42,174 bases of DNA from Rhodothermales bacterium (GTDB lineage: Bacteria; Bacteroidota; Rhodothermia; Rhodothermales; UBA10348), in NCBI GenBank assembly GCA_030830105.1, contig JAURNP010000207.1:1-42174 (forward strand). Direction: 5' to 3'. Shown piece by piece: positions 19,005-28,070 of the stretch. Position 1 is the stretch's first letter. Each line of letters opens with the position of its first letter. The position numbers were made by a program, and so were the translations under genes. The notes under the pieces were generated by a model that saw only the letters and a list, made by a program, of their open reading frames with translations, made no database searches and was not told the DNA's origin.

Positions 19005-20143
19005 GTCTTCAACGCGTGATGTCGTGGATTGGCTGGGGCGTCGAGGCGCTCAGACCAGTCACGGATAAGGACGTCGAGCCGGTCTGCATCCAGCAAGAAT
19101 CCATCGTGTCCGTGTGGCGAAGGCAGCGTAGCTACTTCCGCGTTAGTCAGGTGAGCAGCCAGCGCCTCGATATCAGCCAAGGGGAAAAGGATATCAGAGG
19201 GTATACCCACGAGCAGCACAGGTTGCTCAAGTCCAGATCTTTTTTTTCCGGATTCAGATGGGCGGGCAAACCGATCCGGATCGGAAGACAGTTTCTCCAG
19301 TCCCAGATCATGCGAATTCGCCATGTGTGTCAAACACACATAGCTGTTCGCGTCAAAGCGCTGGACCAGTTTACGGCCCTGGTGATGCAGGTAGGACTGC
19401 ACGGAATAAGAGGGACGGGGTCCGGTCTGATCAGAGGCCTGAACCTGGGGGGTGACAGCCACCGCTGCGGCAGGCTCCCGCCCAAATCGCTGCTGGAAAG
19501 AGTCGGAGTTGCGGTAGGACAGCATGGCCATCATGCGGGCTGCGGCCAATCCGGCCGCAGGCGGGCGATCTGGAGCATAGAACCCATCTTCCCACGCAGG
19601 GTCGGCATAGATCGCTTGCCGTTGGGACTCGCTCCAGGCAATACACCAGGCCGAGTGGGCGGCTGAAGTGGCCACGGCAACCACGCGCCGAACCGAGGGG
19701 TCCCATGCTGCCCACTGCAGTGCGAGCATACCGCCGAGTGATCCTCCAATGACCATATCTACGCGATCGACGCCCAGATGCGCGCACAGCTGTCGCTGTG
19801 CGCGCACATTGTCCCTCACGGTCACATCTGGAAAGTTGGCCTGCCATGGCTTTCCAGTAGCCGGATTGATGGACGTGGGTCCCGTGCTTCCGTAGCAGGA
19901 TCCCAAAAGGTTGGCGCAAATGACATAATGCTGCTCGGGATCGACCGCTTTGCCGGGTCCAAACAACCCGGACCACCACGTGGTCACGTCGGCATCGCCC
20001 GTGAGCGAATGAAACACCACCACAGCATTGTCCCGTCGCTCATTGAGCCGACCCCAGGTCCGGTAGGCCAGACGTGTCGCGGGCAGGATCGCACCGGATT
20101 CCAGCGCAAAGTTGCCGAGCTCAAAACAATCGGACTCAGCCAT
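18989..20143 (-). CDS. metX: Homoserine O-acyltransferase (MetX family)
   Basis: HSLTGD, WW..LFGPG, GGSLGGM nucleophile elbow, ARM.AM.SYR, FDANSY, SDILFP, HGHDGFL. Acetyl versus succinyl specificity cannot be read here. Confidence 0.93.
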   Translation of the reverse strand: MAESDCFELGNFALESGAILPATRLAYRTWGRLNERRDNAVVVFHSLTGDADVTTWWSGLFGPGKAVDPEQHYVICANLLGSCYGSTGPTSINPATGKPWQANFPDVTVRDNVRAQRQLCAHLGVDRVDMVIGGSLGGMLALQWAAWDPSVRRVVAVATSAAHSAWCIAWSESQRQAIYADPAWEDGFYAPDRPPAAGLAAARMMAMLSYRNSDSFQQRFGREPAAAVAVTPQVQASDQTGPRPSYSVQSYLHHQGRKLVQRFDANSYVCLTHMANSHDLGLEKLSSDPDRFARPSESGKKRSGLEQPVLLVGIPSDILFPLADIEALAAHLTNAEVATLPSPHGHDGFLLDADRLDVLIRDWSERLDAPANPRHHALKTCIST

Positions 20144-21356
20144 GGACTGTCACCCCATTCGTTGAGGCCCTCGGGACATGATGTCCATTTGTCCGCGGCG
20201 TCCCTCCTTCAGGGCGAATCGCCACGTCGAAGGCCTGCTCAAGATCAGCAATGAGATCATCGACGAATTCGATGCCTACGGACAGGCGAATTACCTCGTC
20301 CGTGATTCCAGCCGCTTCACGTGCCTCCGGCCGCATGGAAGCATGACTCATGGTAGCCGGCTGCTCGATCAGGGACTCGACACCTCCCAGGGATTCGGCC
20401 AGCGTGAACACGCGTGTGGCGGACAGAAGTCGCGATATCGGAAATCCTTCGCGAACCCGGAAAGAGAGCATACCCCCGAATCCAGCCTGCTGACGCGCGG
20501 CCGTTTCGTGCCCCGTGTGACTCGACAAACCAGGATAGTACACCTCTTCAACCGCGTGATGCGTAGCCAGGTAGCGCGCTACTGCATCGGCGTTCTCCTG
20601 GTGCTGCCGCAGTCGGATCGGAAGCGTCTTGAGGCCACGCAAAATGAGCCAGCTGTCAAACGGTACAGCTGTGGCGCCCTGGGCATTTGCGGCAAAGTGA
20701 ACAGCCTCGTGCCCTTCCTTGGTAGCTGCGATGACGGCTCCGCCCACCACGTCCGAATGGCCATTGAGGTACTTGGTCGTTGAGTGCACGACATAGTCGG
20801 CTCCGAAATCGATTGGACGCTGCAGCAGGGGTGTCAGGAAGGTGTTATCAACAATAAAATCGATACCCGCATCCTTGGCGACGCTGCCCACTTGATACAG
20901 ATCCGTCACGCGCAGTAGCGGGTTCGAAGGCGTCTCCACCCAAAGAGCCCGAGTCTGCGGAGTGATGTGCAGCGCCAGCTCAAGCGGATCGGTAAGGTCT
21001 ACAAAGGACACGTTGATCTTGCCTTGACGTTGCCACCAAGACAAGAGCCGCTCTGTACCGCCGTAACAGTCATGCGAACAGATGATGTGGCTTCCTGCGG
21101 GATACAGGGAAAGCACAGACGCCACGGCGGCCATACCACTGCCGACGCATACAGCGCCGGCACCTCCTTCCAGGTCTGCCAGAGTTTGCTCGAGAGCCGT
21201 CCGGGTGGGATTCCCACTGCGGCTGTAATCGTACTCTGGTTTCGTTCCGTCCGCATTGAAGCGGAAAATGGCCGACTGATAGATGGGAAGCGATACGCTG
21301 TTGAATGTCGAATCGGTTGACTGTCCGGCCAGCGTAAGTCGGGTCTGCGGATGCAT
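20136..21356 (-). CDS. metB: PLP-dependent trans-sulfuration enzyme, probably cystathionine gamma-synthase
   Basis: YSRSGNPTR, SGMAA, ETPSNP, VDNTF, HSTTKYLNGHSD (PLP Lys), AESLGGVESL. First gene behind the SAM riboswitch. Confidence 0.8.
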   Translation of the reverse strand: MHPQTRLTLAGQSTDSTFNSVSLPIYQSAIFRFNADGTKPEYDYSRSGNPTRTALEQTLADLEGGAGAVCVGSGMAAVASVLSLYPAGSHIICSHDCYGGTERLLSWWQRQGKINVSFVDLTDPLELALHITPQTRALWVETPSNPLLRVTDLYQVGSVAKDAGIDFIVDNTFLTPLLQRPIDFGADYVVHSTTKYLNGHSDVVGGAVIAATKEGHEAVHFAANAQGATAVPFDSWLILRGLKTLPIRLRQHQENADAVARYLATHHAVEEVYYPGLSSHTGHETAARQQAGFGGMLSFRVREGFPISRLLSATRVFTLAESLGGVESLIEQPATMSHASMRPEAREAAGITDEVIRLSVGIEFVDDLIADLEQAFDVAIRPEGGTPRTNGHHVPRASTNGVTVHG

Positions 21357-21531
21357 GAGAGTCTGCTGCGAGGCAGCTGTTGGATGGATGATGAAGATCC
21401 TTCCATCCTGAACCGCTGATGGCTCGCCTGCCGCAGTGACCGATTCCCCGATAAGCAGTGCTGGAGAACGGGTTCGTCACTGTTGGGGTGACCGGCTGCA
21501 TGCCGCTTCGTTCTCCATCTCACCCAGATAC

Positions 21532-21567
21532 AAAAAAGCCCTCGCAGGCTCAGTGGCTCTGGGAGGG
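21532..21567 (-). terminator. Riboswitch expression-platform terminator
   Basis: Minus strand CCCTCCCAGAGC...GCCTGCGAGGG imperfect hairpin followed by CTTTTTT, just downstream of the SAM aptamer. Confidence 0.75.
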
Positions 21568-21593
21568 ACACAACGAAGCGTGGCTTCGTTTTT

Positions 21594-21703
21594 CCTTCCC
21601 ATCTGCCTCGTATCGAGCAGGATTTAGCACCTTTGGTCCCTTATCGGGCTCCCGGTTGCTACGACGTCAACGGGCCTGTCCCTCGGTCGTTCTTGATGGA
21701 AGT
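21594..21703 (-). ncRNA. SAM-I (S-box) riboswitch
   Basis: Minus strand reads CTTCC-ATCAAGA-ACGACC-GAGGGACAGGCCC-GTTGACGTCGT-AGCAACC...GGTGCTAAATCC...GATGGGAAG. The SAM-I core motifs and P1 are present, upstream of met genes. Confidence 0.95.
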
Positions 21704-23184
21704 GGGGCGAGTATACGGCAATGGACGGTTGTGTTGCAAGCCCATTCGCAATCAGGACAATCGACTTGACAGCGGATTAACCTCGCCTGCCAGTCGCGGG
21801 TTGCCTGATCGCTCCCGGTAATGGAGGAGTTGGTCCAGGCTGATCCTGAGTGCAGCCAGACACCCGCATGGTAACTGGCCAGAATTGTCCCATCCCGGGT
21901 GACATCCAGATCCCGGATGGCTGGCATGCCCGGTGGCCCGAGTGCAGCCCATCCATCTTGAGGATCCAGTCGCCATACGCCTGCTCTGGTGGCCGCCAGA
22001 AGGCTGCCGTCGGCATCCTGTGCCACATCGGTCACAGATTGTATGAGTGGAAGGTCCAGAAAGGCGCGTTCCCAGGTGCTACCCAGGTTTCCAGAGAGAA
22101 AGAGGCCTCCAGTCGTCCCGGCAACAACACGTCCATCGGTAAGGGTGCGCACCGTTGTAATCGAGCTTCGAAGGCCATTGTTGGAGGCGTGCCAGGTGAT
22201 GCCGCTGTCTGATGATCGCAGAACTCCCTGTCCGTGCGTACCGATGAGCAACGTGGAACCCAAGAATAGAATGGACTGGACATTCGAGCCTGCTGCCCGG
22301 CGGGACAGCCACGTTCCTCCCTCGTCGCCCGTCGCGTAGAGATTGCGGAAGCCGCCCGCGAACAGTGTTCCGTCAGGTGCCACCTTGATCATGGGGACCG
22401 TGAGCGGATCTGTGTCAGGCTGGATGCATGTCCACAGGCTGCCGTTGCCTCGACTTCGATAGAGAGCACATCCTCCCTGCCCCGGCTGAGCGCCAGCGAA
22501 AAGATGCCCAGATTCGTTCGAGGTGATGGAACGCACGTCATATTCCTGCAATCCAAACGAAGAGAATTCCCAGGTCAATCCTTGATCGACCGACCGAAAA
22601 ATTCCCAAGTAGTTAGCAGCAAAGGCGAAGTCTTCGTTCGCCGTCAACGATTGAACGTTGACCGAATAACCTTCCAAGGAGCGAGCGGACCAACTCGATC
22701 CCCCGTCTTCACTGCGGTAGACGAAACTATTGGCTCCGACCAGGAAGACTCCGGGTTCAGGTTCTAGGAGGCTGGTTGTATAAATGTTTTCCAGGCCGGC
22801 CGGAGTCCACCCCGCATCTTGCGCGCCCCGGCTGAAAAGACCATGACCGAATGTTGCCACTCGAACGACTCCGGACGCATCTACATGGATATCACGTACA
22901 TCGAACAAGGTCAATCCATCACTGTCAGAGGTCCACGTGTAGCCATTGTCCAAGCTTTTGTGAACACCGTTCGATGTTGCCGCCAAAATGGATCCGTCGG
23001 CCAGCCGTTCCAGATCCCAAATAGTCGTTCCGCCATAGGGACCATCGACTGGCGCCCACCAATTGGTCTGCGCACTGGCGTCGAGGACAACCAAAAACGC
23101 GAAGAAACCCACCATCAAACCAAGGAATACTCGATTCCAGGCTCTGGCGGCCACTAACGTGATATGTCGGAAAGGCATAGGCAT
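21667..23184 (-). pseudogene. Secreted BNR/Asp-box beta-propeller protein, apparently 3'-truncated near 21795
   Basis: Signal peptide ending ASAQ and many S.D.G.TW repeats. The last ~42 codons are non-repeat, Cys-rich read-through across the met promoter and into the riboswitch. Confidence 0.65.
21710..21739 (-). promoter_or_regulatory. Sigma70-like promoter of the SAM riboswitch/met operon
   Basis: TTGCAA (-35, 21734-21739), 18-nt spacer, TATACT (-10, 21710-21715), ending about 7 nt before riboswitch P1. Confidence 0.7.
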
Positions 23185-23243
23185 CCTTCCTCATTATCGA
23201 CCGTCAGGCGCTGGAATAAAGCGTTCGCAAACTGAGGGGAAGC

Positions 23244-24179
23244 TCAGGATTCGTTCGAATTCTGGACCTGCCGGATGAGGTCTTTCTGCTCGTCTGTCAG
23301 TTTCTGCGGAAGGAAGATATCGAGGTGGACAATCAGGTCGCCCGTATCGCTGTCCGACGGAACGCCATGGCCTTTCACTCGAAGACGCTCACCAGGTTGA
23401 GAACCTTCGGGAATGGTGAGCTTGAGCCGCTTTCCGTTGGGAGACTCGATATGCGTCGAAGCGCCCAGAAGCGCATCGAATACGGAAACACGCAGATGGG
23501 TGTGGATCGATGATCCGTCCCGAACGAACTGATCGTCATCTTCCACCCGGATCGTCACATACAGGTTGCCGCGCCCTCCATTCGGTGTCGGTCGGCCTTT
23601 CCCGCGGATACGCACCTTGTGACCGTCCTTGACACCTTTGGGAAACGGAATGGATATCTTTTCGGCATCGAGAGAGAAACTGATCTTGCCCCCTTTGAGC
23701 ATTCGATCGAAGGCAATTCGAACCGTTCGATTGCGGTCGTAGGTTTTGGGATCAGCCTGGCGGCGCGTCCGCCCATGACCAGAAGCAGGTTCTCCCATTC
23801 CGGGCCCAGCTCCTCCGAAGAATCGATCGAAGATGTCAGAGAATCCTGCACCGGTATCAAATTCGGGGTCCATTCGCTCGAACGTACCGTCCGGCTTCTG
23901 TCGATAGCGGAAGCCCGAACGTGTCTCGAACGGTGAGCTGCCGCCTCTGCCGCCTCCCATGCCTCCGAAGCGCTTCATCCGATCGTACTGCTTTCGCTTT
24001 GCCGGATCGGATAACGTCTCGTAGGCGTGCTGGACTTCTTTGAATCGGTCCTCCGCCGTTGCATCATCCGGATTTCGATCCGGATGGAGTTCACGAGCCA
24101 GTTTGCGATACGCCTTCTTGAGAGCGTTCGCATCTGCTTTCTCGTCAACACCTAACGTTTTATAGAAGTCCTGTTGCAT
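23244..24179 (-). CDS. Class II J-domain co-chaperone (CbpA/DnaJ2-like, no Zn finger)
   Basis: DFYKTLGV, HPD motif, G/F-rich linker, DnaJ C-terminal domain (GNLYV, G.G.P..GDL). No CxxCxGxG. Start taken at ATG 24179 (MQQDFY). Confidence 0.9.
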   Translation of the reverse strand: MQQDFYKTLGVDEKADANALKKAYRKLARELHPDRNPDDATAEDRFKEVQHAYETLSDPAKRKQYDRMKRFGGMGGGRGGSSPFETRSGFRYRQKPDGTFERMDPEFDTGAGFSDIFDRFFGGAGPGMGEPASGHGRTRRQADPKTYDRNRTVRIAFDRMLKGGKISFSLDAEKISIPFPKGVKDGHKVRIRGKGRPTPNGGRGNLYVTIRVEDDDQFVRDGSSIHTHLRVSVFDALLGASTHIESPNGKRLKLTIPEGSQPGERLRVKGHGVPSDSDTGDLIVHLDIFLPQKLTDEQKDLIRQVQNSNES

Positions 24180-24380
24180 GCCCATTGGGGTCATTTTGGC
24201 AGGATCTGGCCGGAAATCTGCTGTCGGGCGGCGTCCGTATCCCCTATCTTGCCCTTGGCGAGGTCGACTAAGGGGGCATGAACGCACCCAGAGATCGCGA
24301 ACCGCCTATTTCCGGGCAAAATCACCGTTCTTCGCCCAAACACGCACCAAATTCGTGCCAACCGGCCCGTTCATGCAGAA

Positions 24381-25901
24381 ATGACAGGAATTCGCCCGAT
24401 CACGAAAGTCCTGATCGCCAACCGCGGGGAAATCGCCGTGCGCATCATGCGCACGTGCCAGGAGCTGGGTATTCGGACGGTAGCCGTGTATTCGGACGCA
24501 GATGCCACGTCGCTGCATGTTCGTATGGCCGATGAAGCCTACCATATCGGCCCCGCTCCTTCGGCAGAATCCTACCTTCTCGCTGAGACAATCCTGCAGG
24601 TCGCCAAAGCGAGCGGTGCGGACGCCGTGCACCCGGGGTATGGCTTCCTTTCGGAAAACCACGTGTTTGCCGAGGCTTGTGCTGAAGCGGGGATCGCATT
24701 CATTGGTCCTACCCCTGCTGCCATCCGGGCCATGGGCGACAAGACGGCTGCACGTGCTCTGATGGAGAAGGCCGGCGTGCCTATGGCTCCTGGAACCATC
24801 GATGCCATATCCGACCCCGAAGAAGCCGTCGGCAAAGCTGAGGATATAGGCTTTCCCGTATTGATCAAGGCAGCGGCTGGCGGTGGCGGTAAAGGCATGC
24901 GCATCGTGCGCAGTATCGAAGACTTTTCCGCGGCACTCAATACAGCTTCCAGCGAAGCAAAATCCGCGTTTGGCGATGGCCGCGTGTTCATCGAGAAGTA
25001 CATCGAAGAACCGCGCCATATCGAATTCCAGATCATGGCAGATACGCACGGCAATATTGTGCATCTGTTCGAGCGCGAGTGCTCCATCCAGCGCCGACAC
25101 CAGAAAGTGGTCGAAGAAGCGCCTTCTTGCGTGCTCACCCCCTCCGTCCGTCAGGCCATGGGCGAAGCGGCCATCCGTGCTGCCAGATCCTGCGATTACG
25201 TAGGAGCAGGCACGGTCGAATTCCTGCTCGACAAGGACATGCAGTTCTATTTCATGGAGATGAACACGCGCTTGCAGGTCGAACATCCCGTGACCGAGTA
25301 CATCACCGGGCTGGATCTGGTTGAGCAGCAGATCCGGGTCGCGGAAGGGCATCCCCTGTCGTACGGACAGGAAGATATCAGAATCCACGGTCACGCCATC
25401 GAGTGTCGCATCTATGCCGAGGATCCGTCGTCCGGATTCATGCCAGGTCCCGGTACCCTTTTGGCTCACGATCCGCCGTCTGGACCCGGGGTCCGTGTAG
25501 ACAGCGGTGTGGAAGAAGGATCGGAAATATCGCTCTACTACGATCCGATGATTTCCAAGCTCACAACATGGGCTGCGACGCGCGAGCAAGCCATTGCCCG
25601 AATGATCCGTGCGCTGGACGAGTACGGGGTATCAGGCGTGCCAACCACGATCGGTTTTTGCAGATTTGTGATGACGCACGAGTCCTTTGCGAGCGGGCTC
25701 TTTTCCACTCATTTCGTGGACGATCACTTCTCAGCAGATCGGATCGACTCCTTGAATGAGACCTTGAAAGAAGATCTGGCCATAGCCGCGGCGCTCTATG
25801 CCGATCTGCATAAGCACGCTTCTTCAATCGGCTCGGCGCCCGTCGCACCGTCCAAAGGATACAGTGCCTGGCGGCTCAATCGTCAGCAAGGCGAAGGCTG
25901 A
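24381..25901 (+). CDS. accC: Biotin carboxylase subunit of an acetyl/propionyl-CoA carboxylase
   Basis: ANRGEIA, HPGYGFLSEN, GGGGKGMR, ERECSIQRRHQK, EMNTRLQVEH, RIYAED, YDPMISK. No fused biotinyl domain. Confidence 0.9.
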   Translation: MTGIRPITKVLIANRGEIAVRIMRTCQELGIRTVAVYSDADATSLHVRMADEAYHIGPAPSAESYLLAETILQVAKASGADAVHPGYGFLSENHVFAEACAEAGIAFIGPTPAAIRAMGDKTAARALMEKAGVPMAPGTIDAISDPEEAVGKAEDIGFPVLIKAAAGGGGKGMRIVRSIEDFSAALNTASSEAKSAFGDGRVFIEKYIEEPRHIEFQIMADTHGNIVHLFERECSIQRRHQKVVEEAPSCVLTPSVRQAMGEAAIRAARSCDYVGAGTVEFLLDKDMQFYFMEMNTRLQVEHPVTEYITGLDLVEQQIRVAEGHPLSYGQEDIRIHGHAIECRIYAEDPSSGFMPGPGTLLAHDPPSGPGVRVDSGVEEGSEISLYYDPMISKLTTWAATREQAIARMIRALDEYGVSGVPTTIGFCRFVMTHESFASGLFSTHFVDDHFSADRIDSLNETLKEDLAIAAALYADLHKHASSIGSAPVAPSKGYSAWRLNRQQGEG

Positions 25902-25902
25902 T

Positions 25903-26844
25903 CTAGACCCACGCTTTGCGAAGGGTCAGTCCCTGACCCACCAGCCAATCGGAAACGGCCATAACGGCTTCGCGGACGCCTTTCGTGGTCATGGGATTGC
26001 CAAACGGTTGCAAGCTGACAAGGACTCCGCCATTTTCGTGCGGCCAAGCCTGAATCATGAGTTCCTGGCGCAGATCCGACTCTTCGCTCACTGCTTTGAA
26101 AAGGAGTCCATCACTGGACAAATCCCTGTATGCCTCCAGGACGATGGCGTGACCACCTTTGAATGGGCGTACCTGCTTCTCGAATGAGCCGACGTCGGAC
26201 AGACTTCCGTCCAGAATGGCATGTTGCATGGGAATCAGCATGTTTCGTGGCTCGGGAGCGTCCACGACGTTGTTGACGGTAAACCGCGCATGATAAATGG
26301 GCTTGTCTTGCTCCAGCCATTTCATGGCGTACTTGGTCCGAAGCGTTGCCGGAGGTGGCGTGCCTTCCTCCACATCAAAACAACCGGAAGCCTTTCCCTG
26401 CTCGACTGAAAAGGCAAAGTACTCGGGATGATCTGTTGTGAGCAGCAGATCCCCTCCTGGCTCCAACCGGCTGGACAAGATCTGGAAGAAAGGCACCTGC
26501 AGCAGGCGATTCTTCAGATGCTTCTTGCGTGGCCACGGATCCGGAAAGTTGACATAGACCCGGTGCAGCTTCTGCTCAGGCATGGCGTCGCGAACCACAA
26601 AACGACCGCTACCCTTGTAGAGGCGGACATGATCGGCCCCACATCGTTTCATGCGGCGATACGCGCGCCAGACGGAGCCCAATGACACCTCGGCACCGAG
26701 CAGATTCCACTCTGGGTGCGCCGCGGCCAGATGTTCGAGATAACGACCGTCACCGAATCCGACTTCCAGCACCAGCGGTGCACTTCGACCAAAAAGGTGG
26801 TCGAAGTCCGACGGGGTATCAAAATCAGAGTTGTGGGTCAACAT
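25903..26844 (-). CDS. trmB: tRNA (guanine-N7)-methyltransferase with C-terminal extension
   Basis: LEVGFGDG, NFPDPWPRKKH..NRL, TDH.EY, TKY, plus about 110 extra C-terminal residues. Confidence 0.9.
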   Translation of the reverse strand: MLTHNSDFDTPSDFDHLFGRSAPLVLEVGFGDGRYLEHLAAAHPEWNLLGAEVSLGSVWRAYRRMKRCGADHVRLYKGSGRFVVRDAMPEQKLHRVYVNFPDPWPRKKHLKNRLLQVPFFQILSSRLEPGGDLLLTTDHPEYFAFSVEQGKASGCFDVEEGTPPPATLRTKYAMKWLEQDKPIYHARFTVNNVVDAPEPRNMLIPMQHAILDGSLSDVGSFEKQVRPFKGGHAIVLEAYRDLSSDGLLFKAVSEESDLRQELMIQAWPHENGGVLVSLQPFGNPMTTKGVREAVMAVSDWLVGQGLTLRKAWV

Positions 26845-26874
26845 GAGGGTCTGCGCGCTTTCAAGGCCGCTATT

Positions 26875-27342
26875 TTACGTCGCGACCGGCTCCGAGCCAA
26901 GTGAGGATCCTGTGGACACGGCCGCCTCGTGCGTTCCCGTATTCGCTTCGTACTCGAAACGTGAGGTGTCTTTTCCCAGGAATCGAAGCACATGGAAGCG
27001 GACCCTGTCTTCAAGGATAACGAGCGCCGGAACGAGCACCAGAATGATGAAGGTGGCGAACAGGATGCCGAAACCTAGGCTTGCGGCAATCGGAATCAGG
27101 AATTGCGCCTGCAGACTACGCTCCAGGATGAGCGGAAGCACGCCTAGAAATGTGGTCAGCGAAGTGAGAAGGATCGGGCGGAAACGCACTTTGGCCGCCA
27201 CAATAACTGCATCGTGTACGGAGCGGCCTTTCTCCCGCTCCCGGTTCACATAATCGATAAGTACCAGGGAATCATTGACTAATACCCCGGCGAGTCCCAC
27301 AATTCCGAAAAGACTCAGGATCCCTACAGCAAGTCCTGTAAG
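26875..27342 (-). pseudogene. C-terminal fragment (~150 aa) of an AcrB-family RND permease
   Basis: [38 protein letters not shown] and P.A..LGFG match the last TM helices of an RND pump. The frame is closed upstream by the ferritin TAA at 27352-27354, so most of a ~1000-aa protein is missing. Confidence 0.85.
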
Positions 27343-27351
27343 ACGCTTTGA

Positions 27352-27855
27352 TTATTCCTCTTCCTCCTCGGGAGCGCGCTGACCCAACTCGCGATCGACC
27401 AGGAAAAGGCCCTGACCACTCTCACCAGCCAATCGGAGGCTATCGATGATGGCTTCTGCGTTCTCTTCTTCCTCCACCTGCTCGTCGATGTACCAGTGCA
27501 TCAGTGTCTGCAGCGCATAGTCCTTTTCCTCGATCGCCACTTCGTACAGCTCGTGAATAAGCTTCGTGACATGCTGCTCATGCGCCAGGACCTGCTCAAA
27601 GGCATCCAGCGCTGACTCGAAGGAAACCGTTGGCGCATCGAGCGTCTCTAGTACGGGGGCTTGACCGCGGCGGATGAGGTGATCAAACAGCTTCATCGCG
27701 TGCGCCGTTTCTTCCTGCCACTGGATGCGCATCCAGTTGGCCGCACCGCTCATCTTCATGTCCTCAAATCGGCCGGACATGGCGAGGTAGATATATGCCG
27801 ACTGGAATTCGGCCTGGATCTGCTTGTTGACTGCGTCGAGCGTACGGGACGTCAT
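27352..27855 (-). CDS. ftnA: Non-heme ferritin
   Basis: QI..E..S.Y.Y, EE..HA, HE..VT, QVEEE ferroxidase ligands; 167 aa. Confidence 0.92.
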   Translation of the reverse strand: MTSRTLDAVNKQIQAEFQSAYIYLAMSGRFEDMKMSGAANWMRIQWQEETAHAMKLFDHLIRRGQAPVLETLDAPTVSFESALDAFEQVLAHEQHVTKLIHELYEVAIEEKDYALQTLMHWYIDEQVEEEENAEAIIDSLRLAGESGQGLFLVDRELGQRAPEEEEE

Positions 27856-28070
27856 GGCGATGGAGTCTTGATGGGATGGGGGCTGGTGATACTATTGGTG
27901 GGTGAGGAGCGTTCCGCATTTCTGGGATCATCTCGTGTCTTCCTCTGACTGCCTGTCAAACCCCGAACAAAGACCTGTGGGGCGGGTACACCGGGTCCTT
28001 TCCACCAGCCCGTTCAACACTCCGACACTCGTTACGAATTTCCCAATCTGAGGACGAATCACGGAACCGA

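Noticed and set aside
21795-27340. The 5.5-kb block as a mobile or invertible element, or as Sau3AI ligation junctions (GATC near both ends)
   Set aside because: It holds only housekeeping genes, with no recombinase, terminal repeats or target duplication. GATC is very frequent throughout the window, and gene-like sequence seems to continue past both GATC sites.
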